Shown: positions 1 through 10,500 of the stretch, piece by piece
Layout: each line of letters starts with the position of its first letter
How positions within the stretch are numbered: position 1 is the first letter of the stretch
Assembly (NCBI GenBank): GCA_030428105.1
Contig: JAUIBE010000005.1
Span: 6,476 to 70,475 of the forward strand
Direction: 5' to 3'
Length of the DNA stretch: 64,000 nucleotides
Source of the DNA: Gammaproteobacteria bacterium
Lineage (GTDB): Bacteria; Pseudomonadota; Gammaproteobacteria; Xanthomonadales; SZUA-36
Program-made: the position numbers and the translations under genes
Notes under the pieces: model-generated
Seen by the model: the letters and a program-made list of their open reading frames with translations, nothing else
Database searches by the model: none
What the model was told of the DNA's origin: nothing

Positions 1-57
1 GACGAGGAAGCCCGCGCGCTGCTTGAAGCGTTCAGCTTCCCGTTCAAGGAAAAGTAA
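1..57 (+). CDS. rplE: 50S ribosomal protein L5, C-terminal end (partial, truncated by window start)
   Basis: Frame 1 reads ...DEEARALLEAFSFPFKEK*, matching the conserved L5 C-terminus (E. coli ...FDFPFRK). It sits immediately upstream of rpsN, as in the spc operon. Confidence 0.8.
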   Translation, partial: DEEARALLEAFSFPFKEK

Positions 58-78
58 CAGGACCGAAAGGAAAACAAG

Positions 79-384
79 ATGGCTAAAGTTTCGATGGTCA
101 ACCGCGAGAATCGTCGCACCAAGCTGGTCAACAAGTACGCCGAAAAGCGTGCCCGTTTGAAGGCAATTGTTTCGAACCCGGAATCGAGTTTCGACGAGCG
201 CCAGGCGGCCATGTTCGATCTGCAGAAGCTGCCGCGCGATTCCAGCCCGGTTCGCCAGCGCAATCGCTGTGCGCTTTCCGGTCGTCCGCGCGGTTTCTAC
301 CGCAAGTTCGGACTGTCCCGAAACAAGCTGCGCGAAGCCGCCATGCGCGGTGACGTACCAGGGCTGAAGAAAGCCTCCTGGTAA
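79..384 (+). CDS. rpsN: 30S ribosomal protein S14
   Basis: 101-aa [31 protein letters not shown]... with a typical S14 sequence, in the spc operon position after rplE. Confidence 0.95.
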   Translation: MAKVSMVNRENRRTKLVNKYAEKRARLKAIVSNPESSFDERQAAMFDLQKLPRDSSPVRQRNRCALSGRPRGFYRKFGLSRNKLREAAMRGDVPGLKKASW

Positions 385-408
385 GCGGAACGAATTGAGG
401 AAATACCG

Positions 409-804
409 ATGAGTATGAACGACCCGATTTCAGACATGCTGGCGCGCATTCGCAATGCCCAGGCCGTTAACAAGGCCACGGTGACCATGCCTGCGTCCAA
501 GGTAAAGACTGGCATTGCCGAGGTTCTGAAGGAAGAAGGCTATATCAACGACTTCCGCGACGCCGAGCTGGATGGCAAGCCCGCGCTTGAAATCACCCTG
601 CGCTACAGCCAGGGCCGCGGCGTGATCGAAACGCTGAAGCGCGCCAGCCGTCCCGGCCTGCGCCAGTACCGTGGCAAGGACGACCTGCCGCGCATCCAGA
701 ATGGCCTGGGTGTCGCCGTGGTGAGCACCTCGAAAGGCATCATGACCGATGCCCGCGCTCGCCAGGAAGGTCACGGCGGGGAAGTTCTCTGCATCGTTAC
801 GTGA
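409..804 (+). CDS. rpsH: 30S ribosomal protein S8
   Basis: 131 aa, [18 protein letters not shown]..., collinear with E. coli S8 (MSMQDPIADMLTRIRNGQ...). Confidence 0.96.
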   Translation: MSMNDPISDMLARIRNAQAVNKATVTMPASKVKTGIAEVLKEEGYINDFRDAELDGKPALEITLRYSQGRGVIETLKRASRPGLRQYRGKDDLPRIQNGLGVAVVSTSKGIMTDARARQEGHGGEVLCIVT

Positions 805-842
805 TGCATTGTTAGATGCAGATTTGAGTTTGGAGAATTGAG

Positions 843-1370
843 ATGTCACGCATAGCCAACGCCCCGCTCGAATTGCCGTCAGGCGTGGAGTTCAACCACA
901 CCGGCGACCAGATTCGCGTGAAGGGTCCCAAAGGTGACCTGGAAATGACGCTGCATTCCAGCGTCCTGATTGAGAAGGATGACGCCACCATCACGGTGAA
1001 GCCTGCCCAGGACTCTGACGTCCCGATGGCCGGCACCATGCGCGCCCTGCTGGGCAACATGGTCACCGGTGTAACCGATGGCTTCGTCAAGCGCCTGACG
1101 CTGGTTGGCGTTGGTTACCGCGCGCAGATGCAGGGCAAGAACCTGTCGCTGGCGCTGGGCTTCTCACACCCGGTTGAATACGCGGCGCCCGAAGGAGTCA
1201 CCATCGAGACGCCCAGCCAGACCGAGATCGTGGTTTCTGGTTGTGACAAGCAGCGCGTCGGACAAACCGCCGCAGAGATTCGCGCTTTCCGTCCGCCGGA
1301 GCCGTACAAGGGCAAGGGCGTGCGTTACTCAGACGAGCGCGTGGTTCGCAAGGAAGCCAAGAAGGCCTAA
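843..1370 (+). CDS. rplF: 50S ribosomal protein L6
   Basis: 175 aa, [17 protein letters not shown]...[18 protein letters not shown], the L6 signature, in spc operon order. Confidence 0.95.
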   Translation: MSRIANAPLELPSGVEFNHTGDQIRVKGPKGDLEMTLHSSVLIEKDDATITVKPAQDSDVPMAGTMRALLGNMVTGVTDGFVKRLTLVGVGYRAQMQGKNLSLALGFSHPVEYAAPEGVTIETPSQTEIVVSGCDKQRVGQTAAEIRAFRPPEPYKGKGVRYSDERVVRKEAKKA

Positions 1371-1408
1371 GCAAGGGCTGCCCTGGCGAATTGACGAGGT
1401 TAAAGAGC

Positions 1409-1771
1409 ATGGACAAGAAAAAAGCGGCGCGTATTCGCCGTGCAACCAAGAACCGCAGCCAGATCCGCAGGCTGGAAGTACCGCGCCTGACGGTGCACCG
1501 CAGTGGCAAGCACCTGTATGCACAGGTCATCGCCGCCGATGGCGCCACCGTGGTAGCCGCGGCTTCAACGGTTCAGAAAGCGCTGCGCGAAGAGCACAGC
1601 CTGAAAGCCACCTGCAACAAGGACGCCGCCGCTGCCGTGGGCAAGACCGTGGCCAAGCGCGCCCTGGATGCAGGTATCGAATCGGTCGCATTCGACCGTT
1701 CCGGCTTCAAGTATCACGGCCGGATCAAGGCGCTGGCGGATGCCGCGCGCGAAGGCGGCCTGAAGTTCTAA
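1409..1771 (+). CDS. rplR: 50S ribosomal protein L18
   Basis: [18 protein letters not shown]... aligns with E. coli L18 (MDKKSARIRRA...). The ORF track starts 18 nt earlier at 1391, but the homolog start is MDKK. Confidence 0.93.
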   Translation: MDKKKAARIRRATKNRSQIRRLEVPRLTVHRSGKHLYAQVIAADGATVVAAASTVQKALREEHSLKATCNKDAAAAVGKTVAKRALDAGIESVAFDRSGFKYHGRIKALADAAREGGLKF

Positions 1772-1812
1772 GGCCCGGTAATTAGCGAGTACCCGGACAA
1801 ACAGGAAAGACG

Positions 1813-2325
1813 ATGGCGAATATGGAAAGAGAAAACGGCGACGGCCTGCTGGAGAAGCTGGTTGCAGTCAACCGTGTGGCGAAAGTGGTCAAGGGTGGCC
1901 GTATTTTTGGTTTCACCGCACTCAGCGTGGTTGGCGACGGCGAAGGCAAGGTTGGTTTCGGCTATGGCAAGGCCCGCGAAGTTCCGGTGGCCATCCAGAA
2001 GTCGATGGAAAAAGCCCGCAAGAACATGATCAACGTGGATTTGCGTGACGGCACCCTGTGGCACGCCGTGAAGGCAAGCCACGCCGGTTCGCGTGTGTAC
2101 ATGCAGCCTGCTTCCGAGGGTACGGGCGTAATTGCCGGCGGCGCGATGCGCGCGGTTTGCGAGGCGGTTGGCATTCACAACGTTCTGGCCAAGAGCGTGG
2201 GTTCCAACAACCCGATCAACCTGGTGCGCGCCACGATGAAAGGCCTGCAAGCCATGCAGAGCCCGCAGGCGGTAGCCACCAAGCGTGGCAAGTCGCTTGA
2301 CGAAATCATGGCCAACGTCGGCTGA
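1813..2325 (+). CDS. rpsE: 30S ribosomal protein S5
   Basis: 170 aa with ...[43 protein letters not shown]..., nearly identical to the E. coli S5 core. Confidence 0.96.
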   Translation: MANMERENGDGLLEKLVAVNRVAKVVKGGRIFGFTALSVVGDGEGKVGFGYGKAREVPVAIQKSMEKARKNMINVDLRDGTLWHAVKASHAGSRVYMQPASEGTGVIAGGAMRAVCEAVGIHNVLAKSVGSNNPINLVRATMKGLQAMQSPQAVATKRGKSLDEIMANVG

Positions 2326-2341
2326 ACAGGAAGGTAGAACC

Positions 2342-2530
2342 ATGGCCAAGAAAAAGCAGATCAAGGTGACCCTGACGCGTTCACCCTTTGGATACAAGCC
2401 CCGCCACCGCGAATGCGTACGTGGCCTGGGCCTGAAACGCATGCACCAGACCGTGACTCTGGAAGACACGCCGTCGGTGCGCGGAATGATCAACAAGATC
2501 GATTACATGGTACGAGTGGAGGAAGCCTGA
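2342..2530 (+). CDS. rpmD: 50S ribosomal protein L30
   Basis: Internal ATG of ORF 2285..2530. [33 protein letters not shown]...[20 protein letters not shown] matches L30 at ~60 aa. Confidence 0.92.
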   Translation: MAKKKQIKVTLTRSPFGYKPRHRECVRGLGLKRMHQTVTLEDTPSVRGMINKIDYMVRVEEA

Positions 2531-2585
2531 GCCCCGGCTTTGAGGCTGAATCTGCGAACCGAGCAGGACATAGGAAAGTACTGAC

Positions 2586-3017
2586 ATGAAACTGAATGAA
2601 CTGAGCCCCGCTGAGGGCGCCAAGAAAGACCGCAAGCGCGCGGGGCGGGGCATCGGCTCCGGCCTGGGCAAGACCGGGGGTCGTGGCCACAAAGGCCAGA
2701 AATCGCGTTCCGGCGGAATGCCCAAGGTTGGCTTCGAGGGTGGTCAGATGCCCTTGCAGCGTCGCCTGCCGAAGCGTGGTTTCGCTTCCAAGACGGCACG
2801 CTACAACGAAGAAGTGCGCCTGTACCAGATCCAGGCCATGAACGCCGACGTGATCAACCTTGAGACCCTCAAGGAAGCGGGCATGATTGGCCACGCGATT
2901 CGCAAGGTGAAGGTCATCAACACCGGCGAAATCGAGCGCGCAGTGACCATCCAGGGCCTGGGCGTGACCGAAGGCGCGAAAGCAGCCATTGAAGCAGCCG
3001 GAGGCAAGGTCGAGTAA
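2586..3017 (+). CDS. rplO: 50S ribosomal protein L15
   Basis: 143 aa, [44 protein letters not shown]..., typical L15. Its stop overlaps the secY start (TAATG). Confidence 0.95.
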   Translation: MKLNELSPAEGAKKDRKRAGRGIGSGLGKTGGRGHKGQKSRSGGMPKVGFEGGQMPLQRRLPKRGFASKTARYNEEVRLYQIQAMNADVINLETLKEAGMIGHAIRKVKVINTGEIERAVTIQGLGVTEGAKAAIEAAGGKVE

Positions 3018-4360
3018 TGGCTCGTTCCCCCTCACAAATGGCTGAGACTCTGGGCGGACTGGGTCGTTTGACCGAGTTGCGCCAGCGTCTGCTGTTCGTG
3101 TTTGCGGCGCTGATCATCTACCGCATCGGTACGTTTATCCCGGTGCCGGGTGTGAATCCGCAGGCGCTGCTGCAGTTCATGAACTCGCAGCAGGGAACCA
3201 TCGTGGACGTGTTCAACCTGTTCACCGGTGGCGCCCTCGAGCGCTTCTCGCTGTTCGCACTGGGCGTGATGCCGTACATCACCTCGTCGATCATCATGCA
3301 GTTGATGTCCAGCGCGGTACCGCAGCTGGCGCAGCTCAAGAAAGAAGGTTCGGCAGGGCGGCAGAAGATCACCCAGTACACGCGTAACCTGACGGTGCTG
3401 TTCGCCGGCATCCAGGCCGGCGGTGTGGCGTTCGCGCTGCAGGGCCAGACGGGCGTGGTGCTGGCGCCGGGCTTCGGCTTCGTGTTCACCGCCATTGTCA
3501 CGCTGACCGCGGGCACGATTTTCCTGATGTGGCTGGGTGAGCAGATCACCGAGCGCGGCGTGGGTAACGGTATTTCGCTGATTATCTTCGCCGGCATTGT
3601 CGCGGGCTTACCGCGCGCCGTGGCGGGTACGCTGGAACTGGTCAACACCGGCCAGCTCAGCATCCCGGCAACGCTGCTGATCCTGCTGCTGGTACTGGGC
3701 GTGATCTACTTCGTGGTTCGCGTCGAGCGTGGCCAGCGCCGTATCACGGTCAACTATGCACAGCGCCAGGGCAGGGTGGCTTACCAGAACCAGTCAACCC
3801 ACCTGCCGTTGAAGGTGAACATGTCGGGCGTAATCCCGGCGATCTTCGCCTCCAGCATCGTGATTTTCCCGTCCACCCTGGCCACCTGGTTCAGCGGTGG
3901 CGGTAACGCGGGATGGCTTACGGATGTATCCGCGGCGCTGACGCCCGGAAACCTGGCGTACACGATCATGTTCTCGGGCCTGATCATCTTCTTCTGCTTT
4001 TTCTACACGGCGATCGTGTTCAATTCGAAGGAGACGGCCGACAACTTGAAGCGCTCAGGCGCTTTTATCCCGGGGATCCGTCCGGGGCGCCAGACCGCAG
4101 AGTACATCGACACGGTGCTGACGCGCCTGACGATGGTTGGCTCGCTGTACCTGGTGGCAGTGTGTTTGCTGCCTGATATTTTGCGCGTGGTGTGGCAGGT
4201 GCCGTTCTATTTCGGTGGCACCTCGGTCCTGATCGTCGTCGTGGTGATCATGGACTTTATCGCCCAGGTCCAGGCGCATTTGATTTCGCACCAGTACGAC
4301 AGCCTGATGAAAAAGGCAAACCTGAAGTCCTACGGCCGCTCCGGCGTGGTGCGCCGCTAA
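3017..4360 (+). CDS. secY: preprotein translocase subunit SecY
   Basis: 447 aa, multi-TM, with conserved SecY segments (...[19 protein letters not shown]..., ...[24 protein letters not shown]...). Confidence 0.96.
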   Translation: MARSPSQMAETLGGLGRLTELRQRLLFVFAALIIYRIGTFIPVPGVNPQALLQFMNSQQGTIVDVFNLFTGGALERFSLFALGVMPYITSSIIMQLMSSAVPQLAQLKKEGSAGRQKITQYTRNLTVLFAGIQAGGVAFALQGQTGVVLAPGFGFVFTAIVTLTAGTIFLMWLGEQITERGVGNGISLIIFAGIVAGLPRAVAGTLELVNTGQLSIPATLLILLLVLGVIYFVVRVERGQRRITVNYAQRQGRVAYQNQSTHLPLKVNMSGVIPAIFASSIVIFPSTLATWFSGGGNAGWLTDVSAALTPGNLAYTIMFSGLIIFFCFFYTAIVFNSKETADNLKRSGAFIPGIRPGRQTAEYIDTVLTRLTMVGSLYLVAVCLLPDILRVVWQVPFYFGGTSVLIVVVVIMDFIAQVQAHLISHQYDSLMKKANLKSYGRSGVVRR

Positions 4361-4388
4361 TTACACGGGCCAGGACAGGAGTAGAGAG

Positions 4389-4502
4389 ATGAAAGTACAG
4401 GCTTCGGTAAAGAAAATCTGCCGCAACTGCAAGATCGTGCGCCGCAAAGGTGTGCTGTACGTGATTTGCAGTGAGAAGAAACACAAGCAGCGCCAGGGCT
4501 AG
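4389..4502 (+). CDS. rpmJ: 50S ribosomal protein L36
   Basis: 37-aa [40 protein letters not shown], absent from the ORF track because it is under 60 aa. Near-identical to E. coli L36 and preceded by a GGAG SD. Confidence 0.93.
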   Translation: MKVQASVKKICRNCKIVRRKGVLYVICSEKKHKQRQG

Positions 4503-4514
4503 TCCCCACTCGCT

Positions 4515-4540
4515 GGCTCGATTTCGATTGGATATAATGC
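4515..4540 (+). promoter_or_regulatory. candidate sigma70-type internal promoter (alpha-operon promoter) between rpmJ and rpsM
   Basis: A perfect TATAAT hexamer at ~4533-4538 lies in the 78-nt rpmJ-rpsM spacer. E. coli has an internal promoter at the equivalent position. The -35 element is weak or unclear. Confidence 0.3.
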
Positions 4541-4580
4541 GCCGCCCTAAATCAGGCGCCAAGTAGACAGGAGTTAAGAC

Positions 4581-4937
4581 ATGGCTCGCATTGCAGGAGT
4601 CAACATTCCGATTCAGAAGCACACCTGGGTGGGCTTGACGCACATTTTCGGCATCGGTCGCACGACCGCGCTGAAGATCTGTGAATCGGCAAATGTGGAA
4701 CCGACCACCAAGATTCGTGACCTGACAGAGGCCGAAGTCGAAGCGATTCGCGCCGAGGTTGGCAAGATTACTGTTGAAGGCGATCTGCGACGCGAGGTGT
4801 CCATGAACATCAAGCGTCTCATGGACCTGGGTGCATACCGTGGTCTGCGCCACCGCCGCGGCTTGCCCGTGCGCGGCCAGCGCACCAAGACCAATGCGCG
4901 TACCCGGAAAGGGCCGCGCCGCCCCATCAAGCGTTAA
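4581..4937 (+). CDS. rpsM: 30S ribosomal protein S13
   Basis: 118 aa, [30 protein letters not shown]... with a basic C-terminal tail, typical S13. Confidence 0.96.
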   Translation: MARIAGVNIPIQKHTWVGLTHIFGIGRTTALKICESANVEPTTKIRDLTEAEVEAIRAEVGKITVEGDLRREVSMNIKRLMDLGAYRGLRHRRGLPVRGQRTKTNARTRKGPRRPIKR

Positions 4938-4963
4938 TCACTACTGAACAGAGCGATAGATAA

Positions 4964-5347
4964 ATGGCTAAGCCGACAAAGAGAAAGAAGGTTAAAAAGA
5001 CCGTGGTGGACGGCATCGCCCACGTGCATGCTTCTTTCAACAACACCATCATTACCATCACCGACCGCCAGGGTAACGCCCTGTCGTGGGCGACTTCCGG
5101 CGGCGCCGGTTTTCGCGGTTCGCGCAAGAGCACGCCGTTCGCTGCACAGGTTGCAGCCGAGAACGCCGGCCGCGCGGCGCTGGATTATGGTTTGAAAAAC
5201 CTGGAAGTGCGCGTCAAGGGCCCTGGCCCGGGTCGCGAGTCTTCCGTGCGTGCGCTGAACGCTATCGGTTACAAAATTACGAACATTACCGACGTGACGC
5301 CGATTCCGCACAATGGTTGCCGGCCGCCGAAAAAACGTCGCGTATAA
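4964..5347 (+). CDS. rpsK: 30S ribosomal protein S11
   Basis: 127 aa with ...[43 protein letters not shown]..., the S11 signature. Confidence 0.96.
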   Translation: MAKPTKRKKVKKTVVDGIAHVHASFNNTIITITDRQGNALSWATSGGAGFRGSRKSTPFAAQVAAENAGRAALDYGLKNLEVRVKGPGPGRESSVRALNAIGYKITNITDVTPIPHNGCRPPKKRRV

Positions 5348-5362
5348 GTGGAGTGAATTCTA

Positions 5363-5989
5363 ATGGCTAGATACACAGGACCCACCTGCAAACTGGCGCG
5401 TCGTGAAGGCGTAGACCTGGAGCTCAAGAGCGCTGCGCGCGGCCTTGAGTCTAAGTGCAAGCTTCAGCAGCCGCCGGGGCAGCATGGCTCTTCCCGTCGT
5501 CAGCGTCTTTCCGACTACGCGCTGCAGTTGCGCGAGAAGCAGAAAGTACGCCGCATGTACGGAGTTTTGGAGCGCCAGTTCCGCAACTACTACAAGCTGG
5601 CCGCCAAGCAGAAAGGCGCCACCGGTGAAAACCTGCTGCGCCTGCTGGAAAGCCGGCTCGACAACGTGGTTTACCGCATGGGCTTTGCTGTAACCCGTGC
5701 CCAGGCGCGCCAGTTGGTGTCGCACAAGGGTATTTCGGTCAACGGCGAAACCGTGAACATCCCGTCCTACCGGGTTAAGCCGGAAGACGTGGTTGCGGTG
5801 CGCGAAAAGGCCAAGAAACAACTGCGAGTCACTGAAGCCGTCACCCTGAGCCAGGAAATGGACATGGTTCCGGCGTGGCTGGAAGTGGACTCCAAGAAGC
5901 TCGAGGGCGCCTTCAAGGCTTACCCGGATCGCGATCAGCTGTCTGCGGACATTAACGAAAACCTGATCGTCGAGCTTTACTCCAAGTAA
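5363..5989 (+). CDS. rpsD: 30S ribosomal protein S4
   Basis: 208 aa, [19 protein letters not shown]..., the S4 N-terminus plus an S4 RNA-binding domain. Confidence 0.96.
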   Translation: MARYTGPTCKLARREGVDLELKSAARGLESKCKLQQPPGQHGSSRRQRLSDYALQLREKQKVRRMYGVLERQFRNYYKLAAKQKGATGENLLRLLESRLDNVVYRMGFAVTRAQARQLVSHKGISVNGETVNIPSYRVKPEDVVAVREKAKKQLRVTEAVTLSQEMDMVPAWLEVDSKKLEGAFKAYPDRDQLSADINENLIVELYSK

Positions 5990-6011
5990 TAAATTTTAGC
6001 GAGGTCATCAC

Positions 6012-6998
6012 ATGTTGGGTGTTATTGAAAACATGCTCAAGCCCAGCGCGGTTGGCGTTGACGAAGTCAACCCGAACCGTGCGCGCATCACGCTGGAACC
6101 GCTCGAGCGCGGTTTTGGCCACACGCTGGGTAACGCCTTGCGCAGGGTGCTCCTTTCCTCCATTCCTGGCTGCGCGATTGTCGAAGTCGAGATGGACGGC
6201 GTACTCCACGAGTACACCGCGGTGGAAGGATTGCAGGAAGACATTATCGAGATCCTTTTGAACCTCAAGGGCGTTGCGCTGCGCATGCACGAACGCGAAG
6301 AGGCGGTTCTGACCCTGAGCAAGAACGGGGCAGGCCCGGTCACCGCGGGTGACATCCAGGTAGACCACACCATCGAGGTGGTTAACCCGGATCACATCAT
6401 CTGCAACCTGACCAAGGACGGCAGCATCAACATGCGCCTGAAGGTGGTGCGTGGTGTGGGTTACCAGCCGGCCACCCAGTTCGAGATTGGTGAGCAGGAA
6501 TCACGCCCCATTGGCCGCCTGCAGCTTGATGCGTCTTTCTGCCCGGTGCGCAAAGTAGCGTACAGCGTTGACGCGGCTCGTGTTGAGCAGCGCACCAACC
6601 TGGACAAGCTGGTGCTGGACATCGAAACCAACGGCACGGTTGATTGCGAAGGCGCAGTCAAGCTGGCCGCCAACATCCTGGCTGACCAGCTGGGCGTGTT
6701 CATCGATTTCCGTGCCCGCCAGGAAGTGGAAGCCGAGCCCAAGTCAGAGGAAATCGACCCGGTGCTGCTGCGCCCGATCGACGATCTCGAACTGACCGTG
6801 CGCTCAGCCAACTGCCTGAAGGCGGAAAGCATTCTTTATATTGGCGACCTGGTGCAGCGCACCGAGGTTGAACTGCTGAAAACCCCGAATCTCGGCAAGA
6901 AATCACTCACCGAGATCAAGGACGTGCTTGCTTCGCACGACCTTTCGCTGGGCATGAAACTGGAAAACTGGCCGCCGGCCAGCCTGGTTAGCGCCTGA
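6012..6998 (+). CDS. rpoA: DNA-directed RNA polymerase subunit alpha
   Basis: 328 aa, ...[24 protein letters not shown]... and a C-terminal ...[22 protein letters not shown]..., nearly identical to E. coli RpoA. Confidence 0.97.
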   Translation: MLGVIENMLKPSAVGVDEVNPNRARITLEPLERGFGHTLGNALRRVLLSSIPGCAIVEVEMDGVLHEYTAVEGLQEDIIEILLNLKGVALRMHEREEAVLTLSKNGAGPVTAGDIQVDHTIEVVNPDHIICNLTKDGSINMRLKVVRGVGYQPATQFEIGEQESRPIGRLQLDASFCPVRKVAYSVDAARVEQRTNLDKLVLDIETNGTVDCEGAVKLAANILADQLGVFIDFRARQEVEAEPKSEEIDPVLLRPIDDLELTVRSANCLKAESILYIGDLVQRTEVELLKTPNLGKKSLTEIKDVLASHDLSLGMKLENWPPASLVSA

Positions 6999-7028
6999 GC
7001 GACTGACTAATAACGACAGGAAAGAACG

Positions 7029-7433
7029 ATGCGTCACCTCAAATCAGGAAGAAAGCTGAATCGAACCAGCTCACACCGCAAGGCCATGTTCCGCAACATG
7101 GCGGCGTCGCTGTTCGAGCACGAAATCATCAAGACCACCGTGCCCAAGGCCAAGGAGCTGCGCCGCGTGGCTGAGCCCCTGATTACCCTGGCCAAGGAAG
7201 ACAGCGTGGCGAACCGCCGCCAGGCGTTCGATCGCCTGCGCGACCGCGACACCGTCACCAAGCTGTTCAACGAGCTGGGCCCGCGTTTCGCCGACCGTCC
7301 GGGTGGTTACCTGCGCATTCTCAAGTGCGGCTACCGCGCTGGCGACAGCGCGCCGATGGCGTATGTCGAACTGGTGGGTCGTCCGAGCGGCGAAGGTGCT
7401 GATAACGACGTGGCTGCCGAAGCTGCCGAATAA
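7029..7433 (+). CDS. rplQ: 50S ribosomal protein L17
   Basis: 134 aa, [28 protein letters not shown]..., L17. It is the last gene of the alpha operon. Confidence 0.95.
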   Translation: MRHLKSGRKLNRTSSHRKAMFRNMAASLFEHEIIKTTVPKAKELRRVAEPLITLAKEDSVANRRQAFDRLRDRDTVTKLFNELGPRFADRPGGYLRILKCGYRAGDSAPMAYVELVGRPSGEGADNDVAAEAAE

Positions 7434-7458
7434 CAGCAGCTAACAAGTCAAGACATGA

Positions 7459-7486
7459 AAAACCCGGCTTTTAGCCGGGTTTTTTA
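7459..7486. terminator. Rho-independent (probably bidirectional) terminator after rplQ and the convergent RHS gene
   Basis: aaaaaCCCGGCTtttAGCCGGGttttttatt: a perfect GC-rich hairpin flanked by an A-run on one side and a T-run on the other. It sits between the rplQ stop (7433) and the RHS stop (7529). Confidence 0.85.
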
Positions 7487-7528
7487 TTGGCAGTTACAGA
7501 AGAGTGTTCAATCCTAATTGCGAATTCC

Positions 7529-10500
7529 TTAAGGCTCGTCATCTGTCTCAAGAAAGATAACAATGCCTCCTGTCAACACGGATGGGCGGCCGGAAGAGCG
7601 ATCGGTGCTTCCATTGCCCGCGCCGGCTCGCAGATTTTCCGACGCCACGCCCAAAGGTTCCCCTCCTTCAGCCCAGGGGCCCAGGTCCAAGCCGGCGGGT
7701 GCGCGCCGACGAGTCCTGGGCTCAATCGAATTACATCCGGTCAATGACAGCAGATCTTCCCGTTCAATCGTTAAGGGTGCATTGACGGGGTCACCAACCA
7801 GTTCCGCCACGGATCCGAACCAGCCAAAGGTCAAGGCCGACCAATGGGCGACGTGACAAGGCAGTCCAACCTCGTTGTTAAGGGCGCCAGCAATCGTTGA
7901 GCTGACAGTCATCACCGCCTCGAAAAAAACAGCTTCGTCTATGGCCGCGGTCTCCCCGGTAGGGTCGGTAACCCTCGTCGGATTGTTGAGCGCATAGCGG
8001 TACAGGTTGTAATCACGACCCCTGAATCCCAGCGGATCCTCCTGGGTGAAGCGGCCATGCGCAGAGTCGTAAAAGCGACGGCGGTTGTCGTATAAGCCCA
8101 ATTCGGGCACCCAGGGGCGGGCTGCAAATCCCAGCGTTTCGCCAGCAGGCAGCATGGAACCCGGTTGCAGGTTGCCGTAGCTGTCGTAGTCGAGCCATGC
8201 CTGCACGACAAAGGCTGCATCGGTAACTCCGCGTACTGAGCCGAGTTGATCGTGCAAATACCAACGTTCGCCCAATGCATCGTCGCGCCAGGCGGCATAG
8301 ACCGCATCCAACTTGGCAGGATCGTAGAGGTAGCTTGCGCTCAAGACGTTGGCGCCTTCTGAAAATTCGGCGACCGGTTGCTGGTGGTCGTGAAGAACCC
8401 AGGTGCGAACACCGTTGACGATTCTAAAAAGCAAACGATTTTGATAGTCATAGCCGAACTCGAGTAGGTCGTCGGCCGGGGCGCCCAGGGAGGCATGCGT
8501 GCTGGCGCGGATCAGCCGATTGCGGTGGTCATATGCCAGCTCGATGACGCTGCCCGTGACGGTGTCGGTGCGACGAACCAGGTTGCCCGCATCGTCGTAA
8601 TCAAATGTGAAGTCACCTGAAGCGGTCAGTTCATTTGCTGCGGCGAAGGTCGCAGCACCCGGGGCCGTGTGCGAGGTAAGCCGATTTCCTCCCAGATCGT
8701 AGGTGTAGGATTCATCGGGATAGGCCGGATCAGAATGCATCGCTGAAAGGATTTGCCCGTTGCCATCGTAGGAGTAGGAGGCGGTATTTCCCGCATTGAC
8801 TTCACTCAGCAAGCGGCCTTCAGGATCCCACGAATAGCCCAGGTCGCCGTTTCCATGAAGCAGCGCACCGCCGTCATCTTCGTGCCTGATCTGAGCCACG
8901 CGGCCCAGGTTGTCGTAGCTAAAGTGGGTCACGGCAACCGCGTTGCCGCCGTTGGCGCCGGTTTCGCGCTGCACGCGCTCCAGTCGGCCGGTACTGGTGC
9001 GGCGCAGTTCAACGGAATTGTCCACACCGCTGGAACCGGGGTGCAGCCACCGCAAGCCCCAGACCTGGCCGGCATAAGGCTGAACCTGAATCCGGGCTCG
9101 TGTGCTGGCGCCAAGATTGACCCTGATATCAGCAGGCGTGTGAATCTCGTTGTTCCAGGTGTAGCGAATCTGCCAGTCTTCCTGCCCTGGTAGCACATAG
9201 GTCACCCGGCTTGGTCTCGGTAGCGCACCGCTGTAGACCAGCGTGTAGGTTTCGCCTGCCGTCATGTCGCTGTCGTCAATCTGCTGCAGCCCGGTTGCGG
9301 CCGAGTAGGTGAAGACGATTTCGCGTACCACAGCACCGCCACCGTCGTGCCAGAGCTCTCGTGTCATCCTGCGATTGGCATCCCATTCGAAGGTACGTCG
9401 CTTGCCGTTGCGGTCGATGGTCTCGACCACGTTTCCGGCCGGGTCGTAGGTTGCGGAGCGAGCATTACCGCGAGAGTCAGTGAACGAGCCCGGACGGTTA
9501 AGTGCATCAAAGGCGTAAGTTCGGCCATAGCCCAGTGGATCGGTGATGCTTGCTGGGTTGCCGTCCGCATCGAATTGGGTTGCCACATTGCCACCTTCTG
9601 GCAATCCCAGCGATACGGGCCGACCGTCCGCGTCAAAGTCGACCTGCGACACATTGCCGTTGCGATCGGTGCGCGTCAGCGACTCATCACTGTTGCGGGT
9701 AAGCGTTGCGGTGTTTCCGTCGTCGTCGGTCTGCGTGTTGACCAAGCCATGGGGTGAAAAGCTGACGCTCAGGTTGCCGTTGTCGTCATCACGCTGAATC
9801 ATGCGCCCGGACGCGGAATTGGTCATGTTTGATTCATAGCCGTAGGAGTTGGACTGATGATTGACAAACCCGAACGCGTCGTAACCGTACTCGACCACGA
9901 AATCGTCACCCAGGCGACGGCGTGAGAGACGACCTTCCGGTCCGTACTCGAAAGTGAATTCCAGCCCGTCAAACGGTACTTCGCTGAGCCGATTGCCGAT
10001 GGAATCGTAGGTGTAGACCGATACATTTCCGTCGTTGTCTTCGAACCGGGTCAGATTGCCCAGTGCGTCGTACTCCATGTCGAAACGCTGCTGGGAAAGG
10101 CCCGATGCAAGCGGCGTGCTGAGGCGCGTTGGCAGACCCAGGTTGTTGTACTCGTAGATCCACGATTCGCCAAGCTGATCGGTAACCCGGGTGCGAAGGT
10201 CGGGGTTGGCCGGGTCTGCGTATTCAAATGTCATGGTGTTGCCGAGCGGATCTTCCTCAAAAACAATGTTTCCACGCGCGTCAAACTGGCTATAGGTGGT
10301 ATTGCCACGGGCATCCATGGTCACGCCGTCAAACGCCGCCGTATCAACCAGGGATTCTCTGCGATTGCCATTTTCATCGATCACCGCGATCAGGCGGCCG
10401 GTGACCGGGTCGTACTCGTAGCTTCGGAATGATCGGCCCTGCGGGTCAGTAATCGTGTCCAGGAAATGAACAGGGCTGGCATGGTACGAATACGTCTCAG

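Noticed and set aside
7563-7856. Plus-strand ORFs (97 aa, 86 aa, 67 aa) overlapping the 3' end of the RHS gene, which could have been an immunity gene
   Set aside because: They are antisense to the uninterrupted RHS reading frame, have no SD, and have Pro/Arg/Ser-rich low-complexity translations typical of high-GC antisense frames. The RHS ORF continues through them to 7529.
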